The notes: generated from the sequence alone by a model not told the origin. 39,352 bases of DNA from an uncultured bacterium (GCA_903837445.1 CAILUR010000076.1:1-39352), one strand, 5' to 3'. Positions 18,275 to 27,847 are shown, counted from the stretch's first letter. Numbers and translations: made by a program.

Positions 18275-20539
18275 ATGGGAAAATATGATATCGAAATAAC
18301 GAAAAAGATAATAGCCGAGCACGGCTTTAAAGACAATGAGTATGAAAACATTTTGAAAATAATGGGCCGTGTGCCGACTTATGTAGAACTTGGAATATTC
18401 TCTGCTATGTGGTCGGAACATTGTAGCTACAAACATTCAAAACATTTGCTGAAAAAATTTCCCACAAAAGGAAAATATATCCTCCAAGGACCAGGCGAAA
18501 ATGCTGGTATAGTGGACTCGGGTACTAAAATGGCTGTCGCTTTCAAAATAGAATCCCACAATCATCCGTCTGCTGTTGAGCCGTTTCAGGGCGCTGCTAC
18601 AGGCATAGGCGGGATTTTGCGGGATGTGTTTACTATGGGCGCAAGGCCTATTGCTTGTCTGGATTCCCTTCGCTTTGGAAATATAAAAACTAAAAAAACC
18701 CAGCATCTTTTTGCGGGAGTGGTGGATGGCATAGGCGCTTATGGCAACTGTGTGGGCATACCGACTATCGCAGGAGAAACTATTTTTGAAGATGTGTATG
18801 AAGACAATTGTCTTGTAAACGCTATGGCCATAGGCCTAGTAGATAAAAATAAAATAGCAAAAGGCATAGCCAAAGGCGTGGGTAATCCTGTGATTTACAT
18901 AGGGTCTACTACTGGCAGAGATGGCATACACGGCGCGACTTTTGCCTCTGTGGAACTGACCGAAGCTACAAAAGAAAAACGCTCTTCAGTGCAGGTGGCA
19001 GATCCTTTTATGGAAAAACTCCTGCTGGAAGCGACTCTTGAACTCATAGAAAAAAAGCTTGTAGTAGGTATTCAGGATATGGGCGCGGCAGGGCTCACTT
19101 CTTCTTCCACTGAAATGTCTTATCGTGGAGGAGTGGGAATGGAAATTGATATAGATAAAGTGCCGAAACGCGAAAAAGGAATGAACGCTTATGAAGTAAT
19201 GTTATCAGAGTCGCAGGAACGAATGCTTATGGTGGCCACTAAAGGAAAAGAAAAAGCCGTGGAAAAAGTTCTGACCAAATGGGGCTTGCACGCAGTAGTC
19301 ATAGGAAAAGTAATAAAAAAACAAAATGTGGTAATCAAAGAAGGCGGAAAAATAGTGGCAGATATGCCTGTAGAGCCAGTGACTGATTCCAACCACAAAT
19401 TATTTCCAAGAAAAAATCAGATTGGGGTTAAACCAAAATATTTGAAAGATATAAATATTAAAAATGCTGATATAAAAACTCCTGAGAATTTGGAAGCCAC
19501 TTTCAAAACTCTTGTGGCATCGCAAAATATCGCCTGCAAAAATATGGTCTGGGAAGAATATGATCATATGGTGCAGACCAACACGATAGTGTTGCCTGGC
19601 TCTGATGCGGCTGTGATTGATATGAAAGGCACAGATGTAATGATAGCCACTTCCGTAGATTGTAATGGCCGTTACACTTACCTTGACCCGTTTAGGGGTG
19701 GGGCGATAGCGGTTTGCGAGTCGGCAAGAAATGTGGCGTGTTCAGGCGCTGAACCTGCGGCTTTGACAAATTGCCTTAACTACGGCAGTCCTGAAAATAA
19801 AGAAATCTTTTGGCAGTTTGAGCAGTCGCTCGCTGGGATGCGCCTTGCGGCAAAAGCCCTGAAAACTCCAGTCACAGGTGGAAATGTCAGTTTTTATAAT
19901 GAAAGCCCCTCAGGTCCGATATATCCGACACCTGTCATAGGAATGATAGGGTTTATCAAAGATAAAAAGAAAAGATATGCCACGCAATTTTTTAAAACTG
20001 CGGGGGATAGGATAGTCCTGCTGGGGAAGAACAAAGATGAAATAGGCGCTTCCGAATATTTAAAAGTAATTCACGGCTTGATAAAAGGACCTGTGCCAGA
20101 GATAGAAATGAAAGAAGAAATAGCCTTGCAGAAAACTTTGCGTGAGGGCATAAAAAAAGGTATAATTAAGTCTGCTCACGATATAAGCGATGGCGGGCTT
20201 TCAATAGCTCTCGCTGAGAGTTGTATTTCCGGTAAACTTCACGGAAAAAAAATACTGGGCGCATATGTAGAAGTGCGGCACGCTATTCGCGAGGACTCAC
20301 TCCTTTTTGGCGAGACCCAGTCGCGAGCCATAGTCAGTGTCAGTGAAGACAAACTGGAGGCTTTAAAAAAGATAGCCGACAAGCATAATCTGACAATAAT
20401 GGAAATAGGAAAAGTCGGTGGCGACAGCTTGATAATAAAAACTGCGAAAGAAAAAATGCCTTATGTGGAAAAAATAAATATGAAATTGCTTGAGATAGAA
20501 AATCTTTGGATGAATGGAGTGAAACAATATGTCGGATGA
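18275..20539 (+). CDS. purL: phosphoribosylformylglycinamidine synthase II
   Basis: 754 aa. Motifs WSEHCSYKHS, ESHNHPS, GGILRD. Duplicated PurM-like domains. RBS AAGGAG. Confidence 0.95.
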   Translation: MGKYDIEITKKIIAEHGFKDNEYENILKIMGRVPTYVELGIFSAMWSEHCSYKHSKHLLKKFPTKGKYILQGPGENAGIVDSGTKMAVAFKIESHNHPSAVEPFQGAATGIGGILRDVFTMGARPIACLDSLRFGNIKTKKTQHLFAGVVDGIGAYGNCVGIPTIAGETIFEDVYEDNCLVNAMAIGLVDKNKIAKGIAKGVGNPVIYIGSTTGRDGIHGATFASVELTEATKEKRSSVQVADPFMEKLLLEATLELIEKKLVVGIQDMGAAGLTSSSTEMSYRGGVGMEIDIDKVPKREKGMNAYEVMLSESQERMLMVATKGKEKAVEKVLTKWGLHAVVIGKVIKKQNVVIKEGGKIVADMPVEPVTDSNHKLFPRKNQIGVKPKYLKDINIKNADIKTPENLEATFKTLVASQNIACKNMVWEEYDHMVQTNTIVLPGSDAAVIDMKGTDVMIATSVDCNGRYTYLDPFRGGAIAVCESARNVACSGAEPAALTNCLNYGSPENKEIFWQFEQSLAGMRLAAKALKTPVTGGNVSFYNESPSGPIYPTPVIGMIGFIKDKKKRYATQFFKTAGDRIVLLGKNKDEIGASEYLKVIHGLIKGPVPEIEMKEEIALQKTLREGIKKGIIKSAHDISDGGLSIALAESCISGKLHGKKILGAYVEVRHAIREDSLLFGETQSRAIVSVSEDKLEALKKIADKHNLTIMEIGKVGGDSLIIKTAKEKMPYVEKINMKLLEIENLWMNGVKQYVG

Positions 20540-21926
20540 GATAAAAGATGAATGTGGTATAGTCGGAGTTTTTGGACATCCTGAAGCGTCCACTATGGCA
20601 TATCTGGGACTTTATGCTCTGCAACACAGGGGACAGGAAAGCGCTGGAATAGTGACCATAGATGATGAAGGCAAGTCCTATGATATAAAAAGAATGGGAG
20701 AGGTCTCTGAGATATTTAGCGAAAAAAAGCTCTCTTATCTAACAGGCACGAAAGCCATAGGGCATGTGAGATATTCTACTACTGGCTCGAGCAATTTGGA
20801 AAATGCGCAACCACTGAAAGTGGATTATATTAACGGCGCTCTGTCCATAGCCCACAACGGAAATTTGGTAAATGCGTATGAACTTAAAAATATTTTAGAA
20901 CAGCACGGGTCTATTTTTACTTCCACCTGTGATAGCGAAATCCTCATACATATGTTGGCTTTTTACAATAAAATAGATTTTGTGGAAGCGGTAAAAAAGT
21001 CGCTTGAGCAAATGAAAGGCGCTTTTTCTGTCGTGATTCTCAATAAGGATTATCTTATCGCGGCGCGCGATCCCAATGGGTTCAGACCGCTCGCCATTGG
21101 GCAGTTTGCCGATGGGCAATTTATGGTCGCCTCAGAGACCTGCGCTTTTGATTTGGTAGGCGCAAAATATTATGGCGAAGTGGAAGCCGGAGAAGTGGTA
21201 ATCTTTTCAAAATCAGGAATTCATCGTGAAAAATTTGCAGAAAAAGGGCGGAGTGCAAAATGTATTTTTGAATATATTTATTTTGCTAGACCAGATAGCT
21301 ATATTTTTGGCGAATCGGTTTTCAAAATTCGTAGAGAAATGGGGCGGCAACTTGGACGCGAAGCACCAGTAGAGGCTGACCTTGTCATAGCAGTGCCGGA
21401 CTCGGGCGTCTGCGCGGCTATTGGTTACGCTGAAGCCACAGGCATAAAATATGACACGGGGTTTATAAGAAATCATTACATAGGAAGGACTTTTATAGAA
21501 CCGACTCAGAATATCAGGGACTTCGGAGTGAAGATTAAATTAAATCCGATTAAAGATATGCTGGAAGGCAAAAGAGTGGTCATAGTGGATGACTCAGTAG
21601 TGCGCGGCACCACAAGCAGAAAAATAATAAAAATGGTAAGAAACTGTGGCGCAAAAGAAATCCATTACAGAATTTCTTCTCCGCCTATTGTGGCACCGTG
21701 TTTTTATGGGATGGACTTTCCTACCAGAGCGGAACTTATTGCCTATGACCATTCTATGGAAGAAATAAAAAAGTATTTGCGAGTAGAGTCAGTGCAGTAT
21801 TTAAGCCCCGAAGGGTTGATAAAAGCCTCGGGCGGAAAAAAAGAAAACTATTGTATGGCGTGTTTTGACAACGACTATCCAGTGGATTTGAAAGACCAGC
21901 AGACAAAATTTAAATTTGAGTGCTAA
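20529..21926 (+). CDS. purF: amidophosphoribosyltransferase (Bacillus-type, with propeptide and [4Fe-4S] cysteines)
   Basis: 465 aa. MSDEIKDE-CGIVGV gives an Ntn Cys after a short propeptide. PRTase motif VVIVDDSVVRGTT. Cys in CIFEYIYFARPDS, APCFYGMD and CMACF match cluster-ligand positions. 11-nt overlap with purL. Confidence 0.94.
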   Translation: MSDEIKDECGIVGVFGHPEASTMAYLGLYALQHRGQESAGIVTIDDEGKSYDIKRMGEVSEIFSEKKLSYLTGTKAIGHVRYSTTGSSNLENAQPLKVDYINGALSIAHNGNLVNAYELKNILEQHGSIFTSTCDSEILIHMLAFYNKIDFVEAVKKSLEQMKGAFSVVILNKDYLIAARDPNGFRPLAIGQFADGQFMVASETCAFDLVGAKYYGEVEAGEVVIFSKSGIHREKFAEKGRSAKCIFEYIYFARPDSYIFGESVFKIRREMGRQLGREAPVEADLVIAVPDSGVCAAIGYAEATGIKYDTGFIRNHYIGRTFIEPTQNIRDFGVKIKLNPIKDMLEGKRVVIVDDSVVRGTTSRKIIKMVRNCGAKEIHYRISSPPIVAPCFYGMDFPTRAELIAYDHSMEEIKKYLRVESVQYLSPEGLIKASGGKKENYCMACFDNDYPVDLKDQQTKFKFEC

Positions 21927-22552
21927 GAAAAGGAAAAAATGAAGTGAAAAAGATTCCTGATAAATACATACTGGTGGAAGACAAAAATTCCATAAAAAAG
22001 CAGAGCAAATATGCTTTGTTGTGTAAAGGCAAAGCCGTGCTTGAACTGGGCGGAGTTGAGGGCGTTTTTGTGGAAATGTGTTTGAAGGCCGGCGCAAAAT
22101 CCGTAGTCTCTATAGACAGGTATCCTTTAGGTCCCAAAGTAATAAAATATGATGTGCTAAAATATTTCAAAGATACCAAGAAAAAGTTTGATATTGTGTA
22201 TGCCAGACATATGATAGAACATTTTTCACCCATAGATGTGCTGTACATAATGAAACAGACCTATAAATGTTTAAACAAAGACGGTATGTTTGTCATAGTC
22301 ATTCCCAACCTGAACAATATCGCCATTGCCACAAATGAATTTTGGCGCGAGTTTGAACATGTGAGACCTTATTCCATATTAGGCGTTCAGCAGAATTTGG
22401 AGCAACTGGGGTTTGAGGTGGTAAAAGTATCACCGGATTATGATAGCTGGGATAATAGCTGGTATAAAAATATCGTCAGAGCAATTCGGAGCTTGATTGT
22501 GGGACTGCCTTACCAAGCCCCAGATATATATCTGATAGCGGTTAAAAAATAA
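21920..22552 (+). CDS. class I SAM-dependent methyltransferase, substrate unknown
   Basis: Motif I-like VLELGGVEG, FDIVYARHMIEHF, LNKDGMFVIVIPN. The GTG at 21920 overlaps the purF stop by 7 nt. An in-frame GTG at 21944 after AAGGA is an alternative start. Confidence 0.7.
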   Translation: MLRKGKNEVKKIPDKYILVEDKNSIKKQSKYALLCKGKAVLELGGVEGVFVEMCLKAGAKSVVSIDRYPLGPKVIKYDVLKYFKDTKKKFDIVYARHMIEHFSPIDVLYIMKQTYKCLNKDGMFVIVIPNLNNIAIATNEFWREFEHVRPYSILGVQQNLEQLGFEVVKVSPDYDSWDNSWYKNIVRAIRSLIVGLPYQAPDIYLIAVKK

Positions 22553-22620
22553 ATAGAATTTCTCATAAAACAAAGTAAGCCAGATAGGTCGCACTCACCT
22601 GACATTGTCAAAAAAAATCC

Positions 22621-22649
22621 TTGAAAACCTTACCAAATCGGTTTATAAT
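22621..22649 (+). promoter_or_regulatory. strong sigma70-like promoter candidate for the aromatic amino acid operon
   Basis: TTGAAA (22621-22626), exact 17-nt spacer, TATAAT (22644-22649). An A8 tract (22608-22615) sits just upstream of the -35 element, near the usual UP-element position. Confidence 0.55.
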
Positions 22650-22680
22650 GGTATGTTAATATTTTTTTTGTATTATAGAC

Positions 22681-22751
22681 AGGGTTTTGACTGGCAACAT
22701 ATGAAAAACCCTTTAAAATATGGCTAAAACCACGCATGTTATGGCGTGGTT
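22681..22751 (+). promoter_or_regulatory. two-hairpin leader upstream of the aro operon (possible attenuator/riboregulator)
   Basis: Hairpin 1: AGGGTTTT (22681-88) / AAAACCCT (22705-12), 16-nt loop. Hairpin 2: AACCACGC (22728-35) / GCGTGGTT (22744-51), 8-nt loop, then AAAGGTGTTTG. The 5' arm of hairpin 1 could alternatively pair with the AAAACC of hairpin 2. Confidence 0.4.
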
Positions 22752-22792
22752 AAAGGTGTTTGTATAGTTATAAATATAATATGGAGATGGGT

Positions 22793-23878
22793 ATGGCAAA
22801 CAGGTTTGAAAAGATAGCAAGAAAAAGCGTCCTGAACATAAAACCTTATGTTCCGGGAAAGCCTATAGAGGAAGTTCAAAGGGAGTTGGGTTTAAAAAAT
22901 GTTATAAAACTTGCTTCCAATGAAAATCCCTTGGGGCCTTCAAAACTCGCGGCGAAAGCTGCCAGAGCTTCTATTGCTGGAGTGAACTTATATCCAGAGG
23001 GGTCGGCTTACAAATTAAGAAATGTTTTGGCCGAGCAATTGAAAGTAAAACCTGAGAACTTAATTTTTGGAAATGGGTCAAATGAACTTTTAAATCTTAT
23101 CGCTTTGGCTTTTGTGGAGACAGGGGACGAAGTGATTTATTCTGCGCTTTCTTTTGTGGCATATCCTATTGCGGTGGAGGGCGCGGGTGGCACTACTGTA
23201 CTTATTCCACACAAACAGTTTCGACACGATATGGAAGGTTTCACAAAGGGCTTGTCACTAAAAACAAAACTTGTTTTTCTTTGCAACCCAAATAATCCGA
23301 CAGGCGCAATAATAACTAAAAAGGAAGTGGAGGCATTTTTAACGAAAGTGCCTGCGAATGTACTGGTGGTTTTGGATGAGGCCTATTTTGAATTTGTCGG
23401 GGATGCTGAGTATCCTGATGGCCTGACCTATATTGAAAAGTATCCGAATGTGATAGTCCTTAGAACTTTTTCTAAAATTTACGGGCTTGCTGGACTGCGC
23501 ATAGGCTATGGCGTGGCACACCAGGATATTATTGAAATAGTAGAACGCGTCAGACCGCCTTTTAATACCAGTATTCCAGCGCAGGCAGCGGCACTGGCGG
23601 CACTCGGAGACAAGGCACATTTGAAAAAAACAGTAAAAACAAATAACGAGGGAAAAAAGTTCCTGTATGCTGGTTTTGAAAAGCTCGGGATAAAATATGT
23701 AAAGACGCAAGGGAATTTTATTTTTGTGGAGTTTAAAACAAATGGGAAAGGGGTCTTTGAAGCATTACTCAAACGAGGCGTAATCATAAGACCTATGTAC
23801 GATAATTTTGGAAGGATTACAGTAGGGACTATGAAAGAAAATAAAAAACTCATAAAAGCACTGGAGTTTTTGGACTAA
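22793..23878 (+). CDS. hisC: histidinol-phosphate/aromatic-amino-acid aminotransferase (second HisC-family paralog)
   Basis: Motifs SNENPLGPS, GNGSNELL, CNPNNPTG, LDEAYFEF, RTFSKIYGLAGLRIGY. ATG at 22793 lies 8 nt after GGAG. The ORF-track TTG at 22760 has no RBS. Confidence 0.85.
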   Translation: MANRFEKIARKSVLNIKPYVPGKPIEEVQRELGLKNVIKLASNENPLGPSKLAAKAARASIAGVNLYPEGSAYKLRNVLAEQLKVKPENLIFGNGSNELLNLIALAFVETGDEVIYSALSFVAYPIAVEGAGGTTVLIPHKQFRHDMEGFTKGLSLKTKLVFLCNPNNPTGAIITKKEVEAFLTKVPANVLVVLDEAYFEFVGDAEYPDGLTYIEKYPNVIVLRTFSKIYGLAGLRIGYGVAHQDIIEIVERVRPPFNTSIPAQAAALAALGDKAHLKKTVKTNNEGKKFLYAGFEKLGIKYVKTQGNFIFVEFKTNGKGVFEALLKRGVIIRPMYDNFGRITVGTMKENKKLIKALEFLD

Positions 23879-23937
23879 TATTTAAAAATTAAAACTATTT
23901 CAAAAAAATGTTTTACGAAACTAAGGAGGAAATAAAA

Positions 23938-24954
23938 ATGATTATAGTAATAAAGCCGGGAGCGACAAAGAAACACATGGACGAGGTAATAAATAAGATA
24001 CTGGAATATAAACTTAAACCCCATATTTCAAAAGGCACAGAGAGAACGATAATCGGTGTCATAGGGGACGAAAGAAAACTCGCAGGCGTAGAATTTGAAG
24101 GCTTTCCTGCCGTAGAAAAAGTAATGCAGATTTTAAAACCTTATAAACTCGCGAGCCGTGAGTTTAAGAAAACAGATACCATTATAAAAATTGGAAAGAA
24201 TGTGGAAGTTGGGGGAAAACAAATAGTGCTTATAGCAGGCCCCTGTTCAGTAGAAGGCAGAAAACCTTTGCTTCAGGTGGCAAAACTTGTAAAAGAAGCC
24301 GGCGCACATGTGCTTCGCGGTGGTGCTTACAAACCTAGAACCTCGCCTTATGCGTTTCAGGGAATGGCAGAAGAAGGCTTAAAAATTTTAGCGGAAGCCA
24401 GAAAAACATACGGGATGCCAGTGATAACTGAAGTACTGGACACTAGACATGTGGAAGTGGTAAACAAGTATGCGGATGTCCTTCAGATAGGGGCGAGAAA
24501 TATGCAGAATTTTGAACTATTAAAAGAAGTGGGCAAAACAAAAAAACCCATACTGCTTAAAAGAGGGCTGTCAGCTACTATAGTGGAATGGCTTATGTCG
24601 GCGGAATATATAATGGCCAGCGGTAATATGAATGTTATTTTATGCGAGCGCGGGATTAGGACTTATGAGACCGCCACCAGAAATACTCTTGATTTGTCAG
24701 CTGTTCCTGTGGTTAAAAGTTTGAGTCATTTACCAGTAGTGGTAGATCCATCGCATGCGGTAGGCAAACGCTATCTGGTCGGCACTATGTCTTTGGCGGC
24801 AGTAGCGGCAGGGGCTGATGGAATCTTGATAGAAGTTCATCCAAAACCAGAAGAAGCTTTTTCTGACGGGGAACAATCATTACTTCCACAAGAGTATGCA
24901 AAGCTCGTAAAGGATATGAGAAAAGTGGCAAATGCGGTAGGGAGAACGATATAA
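23938..24954 (+). CDS. aroF: 3-deoxy-7-phosphoheptulonate (DAHP) synthase, type I-beta, with an N-terminal ferredoxin-like regulatory domain
   Basis: 338 aa from the ATG 8 nt after AGGAGG. Collinear with the Thermotoga maritima-type enzyme as I recall it (MIIVIKPG...[16 protein letters not shown]...[11 protein letters not shown]...IAGPCSVE...[13 protein letters not shown]...DPSH). Confidence 0.9.
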   Translation: MIIVIKPGATKKHMDEVINKILEYKLKPHISKGTERTIIGVIGDERKLAGVEFEGFPAVEKVMQILKPYKLASREFKKTDTIIKIGKNVEVGGKQIVLIAGPCSVEGRKPLLQVAKLVKEAGAHVLRGGAYKPRTSPYAFQGMAEEGLKILAEARKTYGMPVITEVLDTRHVEVVNKYADVLQIGARNMQNFELLKEVGKTKKPILLKRGLSATIVEWLMSAEYIMASGNMNVILCERGIRTYETATRNTLDLSAVPVVKSLSHLPVVVDPSHAVGKRYLVGTMSLAAVAAGADGILIEVHPKPEEAFSDGEQSLLPQEYAKLVKDMRKVANAVGRTI

Positions 24955-25009
24955 ATAGTTTTTCGAGTTCAGGGCTAAAGTAATAAATTAATAAAGCGCC
25001 CAAAACTCA

Positions 25010-25023
25010 GAACCCGGAACCCG
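25010..25023 (+). repeat. tandem heptamer GAACCCG x2 in the aroF-tyrA spacer
   Basis: GAACCCGGAACCCG is a GC-rich island in an otherwise AT-rich 87-nt spacer. Confidence 0.5.
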
Positions 25024-25041
25024 CACACTGAAAAGGAATAT

Positions 25042-25893
25042 ATGTCTAAAAAGCACACACTTAAAAAAGTTACCATAGTCGGGCTCGGAATTATGGGCGG
25101 CAGTTTAGGGAAAGAAATTATTTTTCAAAGACTGGCGTATGTGACAGGAGTCAGTTCTTCTCCGGCGCGTATAAAAGAAGCTGTGAAGTTAGGCGCGATA
25201 AACCGTGGGACTGTAAATATAAGAGAAGGCGTGAAAGATGCCGACCTTGTAGTCATTGCGGGAAAGGTAATGGAAATCCCGGTGAAGTTTAAACAGCTTT
25301 ATCCATATTTGAAAGAAGGCGCTATCGTGACAGATGTGGGAAGCGTAAAAAAATATATCTGCGAGGCCATAAAAAAGATAGATAAGAAAAATGTTTTTGT
25401 GGGATCGCATCCTATGGTAGGGTCGGAAAAAAGAGGGCTGTTGAATAGTACAAAAGAATTTTACAAAGACGGGGTATGTATTATGACTCCGGGAAAAGAA
25501 ACGGATTGTGATAATTTTACGGCAGTATATAAGTTTTGGAAAAAAATGGGAATGACTGTACTGGCTATGACCGCGGGACAACACGATGCTGAGACTGCAC
25601 TGATAAGCCACTTGCCACACTTGGTGGCATTTTGTTTGGTGAACAATGCGGCAGAAATAATTAAAAAAAATCCGTTGGTGATTGGACCTGGGTTTAAAGG
25701 GGCGACAAGAATTGCTGGGTCACACGAAGAAGTGTGGGCGGAAATATTTACAGCAAATAAAGAAGAACTATTGAAAGCTCTTTCGAAATATCGCAAGGAA
25801 CTTAGTAAACTGGAAGCTGCAGTGAAAAGCACGACACCTGCACAGATGAAAAAAATAATGCGCGGGGCGCGACTTTTAAGGGAGAAAATTTAA
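25042..25893 (+). CDS. tyrA: prephenate dehydrogenase
   Basis: 283 aa. Rossmann VTIVGLGIMGGSLG, GSHPMVGSEKRG, SHLPHL. Confidence 0.9.
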   Translation: MSKKHTLKKVTIVGLGIMGGSLGKEIIFQRLAYVTGVSSSPARIKEAVKLGAINRGTVNIREGVKDADLVVIAGKVMEIPVKFKQLYPYLKEGAIVTDVGSVKKYICEAIKKIDKKNVFVGSHPMVGSEKRGLLNSTKEFYKDGVCIMTPGKETDCDNFTAVYKFWKKMGMTVLAMTAGQHDAETALISHLPHLVAFCLVNNAAEIIKKNPLVIGPGFKGATRIAGSHEEVWAEIFTANKEELLKALSKYRKELSKLEAAVKSTTPAQMKKIMRGARLLREKI

Positions 25894-27180
25894 ATGAAAA
25901 AGATTCACATAAATCCGTTGAAAAAATGTAAAAAAAGTATTCTGGTGCAAGGCGACAAGTCCATATCCCACAGGGCGATAATTATAGGAAGCTTAGCCAG
26001 AGGCGTCACGAAAATTAAAAACTTTCTTGAAGCTGGCGACTGTCTTAATACTGCCGATATTTACAGGCAAATGGGAGTGAAGATAGAAAAAAAGGGAGCG
26101 GAGTATCTGGTATACGGTCGCGGTTTGTTTAACCTGCGCCAGCCAGCGAAAACGCTTTATGTGGGCAATTCTGGCACGGCAATACGCCTCAATCTCGGAG
26201 TGCTTGCGGCACAGCGGTTTACTTCAATAATTACAGGGGATGCCCAGATAATAAAAAGGCCTATGAAACGAGTCATTACTCCGCTTACGGAAATGGGCGC
26301 AAAATTTGAAAGCCACGGGGGTTATGCCCCGGTGACGGTTTTGGGCGGAGTCCTGCACGGGATTACATATGAAATGCCTGAGGCCAGCGCACAGGTAAAG
26401 TCAGCTTTAATGTTGGCAGCGCTTCACGCGGAATCAGCGACCACGATAATAGAAAAAGAAAAATCCAGAGACCATACAGAAAGAATGCTTAAATATTTTG
26501 GTGCGGATATAAAAGTTATAAAAAATAAAATAAAAATTAAACCAGGTAAAGAAATAATGGGCAGGACTATCTATGTGCCGGGAGATATCTCCTCGGCGGC
26601 ATTTTTTATGATAGCCGGCCTGATAGTAAAAAATGCCGAAATCACAGTAAAAGGCATAGGCGTAAATCCGTCGCGCACGGGAATCATTGATGCGATAAAA
26701 AAAATGGGTGGAAAAATTACGATTAAAAATTCAAAGAACATAAACGGAGAACCAGTAGCGGATATAGTGACTAAGACTTCAAAACTTAAAGGCATTACGA
26801 TAGGCGGGGCAATGATTCCGCGCTTGATTGACGAGATTCCTGTGATTGCCATAGCAGCAGCTTTTGCCAAGGGCAAGACAGTGATTAAGGATGCCGAAGA
26901 ACTGCGCTACAAGGAAACGGATAGGATAAAAACTATCTGTGACAATCTTGGTAGGATAGGCGTAAAGGTGGAAGAAAAAAAGGACGGTATGATTATTTAC
27001 GGAGGAGAAGGCAAACCTTTTAAATATTCGGATATTATTTCATACGGCGATCACAGGATAGCCATGGCGTTTTCTATAGCCGCCCTCTCCAGCGATAACG
27101 GCCTCCTCATAAAAGACATTGAGTGTGTGGGAACTTCTTTTCCTGAATTTTTTAATATACTTACAAAATTGAAAGGATAG
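25894..27180 (+). CDS. aroA: 3-phosphoshikimate 1-carboxyvinyltransferase (EPSP synthase; motifs look class II-like)
   Basis: 428 aa. Motifs GDKSISHR, GNSGTAIRL, RPMKRV, SAQVKSA, KETDR, DHRIAMAF. The ATG directly abuts the tyrA stop. Confidence 0.94.
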   Translation: MKKIHINPLKKCKKSILVQGDKSISHRAIIIGSLARGVTKIKNFLEAGDCLNTADIYRQMGVKIEKKGAEYLVYGRGLFNLRQPAKTLYVGNSGTAIRLNLGVLAAQRFTSIITGDAQIIKRPMKRVITPLTEMGAKFESHGGYAPVTVLGGVLHGITYEMPEASAQVKSALMLAALHAESATTIIEKEKSRDHTERMLKYFGADIKVIKNKIKIKPGKEIMGRTIYVPGDISSAAFFMIAGLIVKNAEITVKGIGVNPSRTGIIDAIKKMGGKITIKNSKNINGEPVADIVTKTSKLKGITIGGAMIPRLIDEIPVIAIAAAFAKGKTVIKDAEELRYKETDRIKTICDNLGRIGVKVEEKKDGMIIYGGEGKPFKYSDIISYGDHRIAMAFSIAALSSDNGLLIKDIECVGTSFPEFFNILTKLKG

Positions 27181-27183
27181 CAT

Positions 27184-27831
27184 ATGGCATTTAATAAACC
27201 CTTTTATGATTTTTTTCGAATGGTGTTCACAGTAGTTTTTAAAGTATTGTGGGGGTTTAAAATTTATGGGCTGGAGAATCTCCCGGAAAAAGGCGGCTTT
27301 ATGCTTGCCTCAAACCACGCGAGTTTTCTTGACCCGCCTATGCTCGGCGCTGCTATATGGAAAAGGGACATAAAATATATGGCAAGACACACCCTTTTCA
27401 AAAGTAAATTTGGCGCCTGGTTTTTAAATTCTACAGGGTCTTATCCGATAAAACGCGGTACTATAGACAGAGATGCGTGGAAAAATTTCGGAGAACTTAT
27501 TGAAAAGGGAAATGCCGTTACTTTTTTCCCTGAAGGCACAAGGACAGAAACGGGCGAACTGCAGGAAGCCAAGCCAGGTTCTGGAATGCTGATTTACAGG
27601 ACTAAGGCTATGGTGGTGCCAGTGTATATGGATACTTTTGGGATATGGTCAAAAGGGAAAAAACTGCCGACTCCTGGCAAAAGAATTTCAATCCTTTTTG
27701 GCAAGCCTTTAGTCTTCACAGAAGACTTCGCAAAACCCGAAGGCAGAGAAGTCTATGAAGAAATAACAAAAAAAGTAATGGCGGCAATAAGAGAACTTAA
27801 AGAAGAGTTAGAAAACAAAAAGAAAAAATAA
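27184..27831 (+). CDS. plsC: 1-acyl-sn-glycerol-3-phosphate acyltransferase
   Basis: 215 aa. Motifs NHASFLD (HX4D), FPEGTR, VPV. Confidence 0.88.
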   Translation: MAFNKPFYDFFRMVFTVVFKVLWGFKIYGLENLPEKGGFMLASNHASFLDPPMLGAAIWKRDIKYMARHTLFKSKFGAWFLNSTGSYPIKRGTIDRDAWKNFGELIEKGNAVTFFPEGTRTETGELQEAKPGSGMLIYRTKAMVVPVYMDTFGIWSKGKKLPTPGKRISILFGKPLVFTEDFAKPEGREVYEEITKKVMAAIRELKEELENKKKK

Positions 27832-27847
27832 AACTGTTTGCAAAAAA

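Noticed and set aside
22701-22767. Two mini-ORFs in the aro leader (MKNPLKYG, 22701-22727; MAKTTHVMAWLKVFV, 22720-22767) as candidate attenuation leader peptides
   Set aside because: There is no run of Trp, Phe or Tyr codons and no RBS in front of either ATG. They are kept only as a note under the leader finding.
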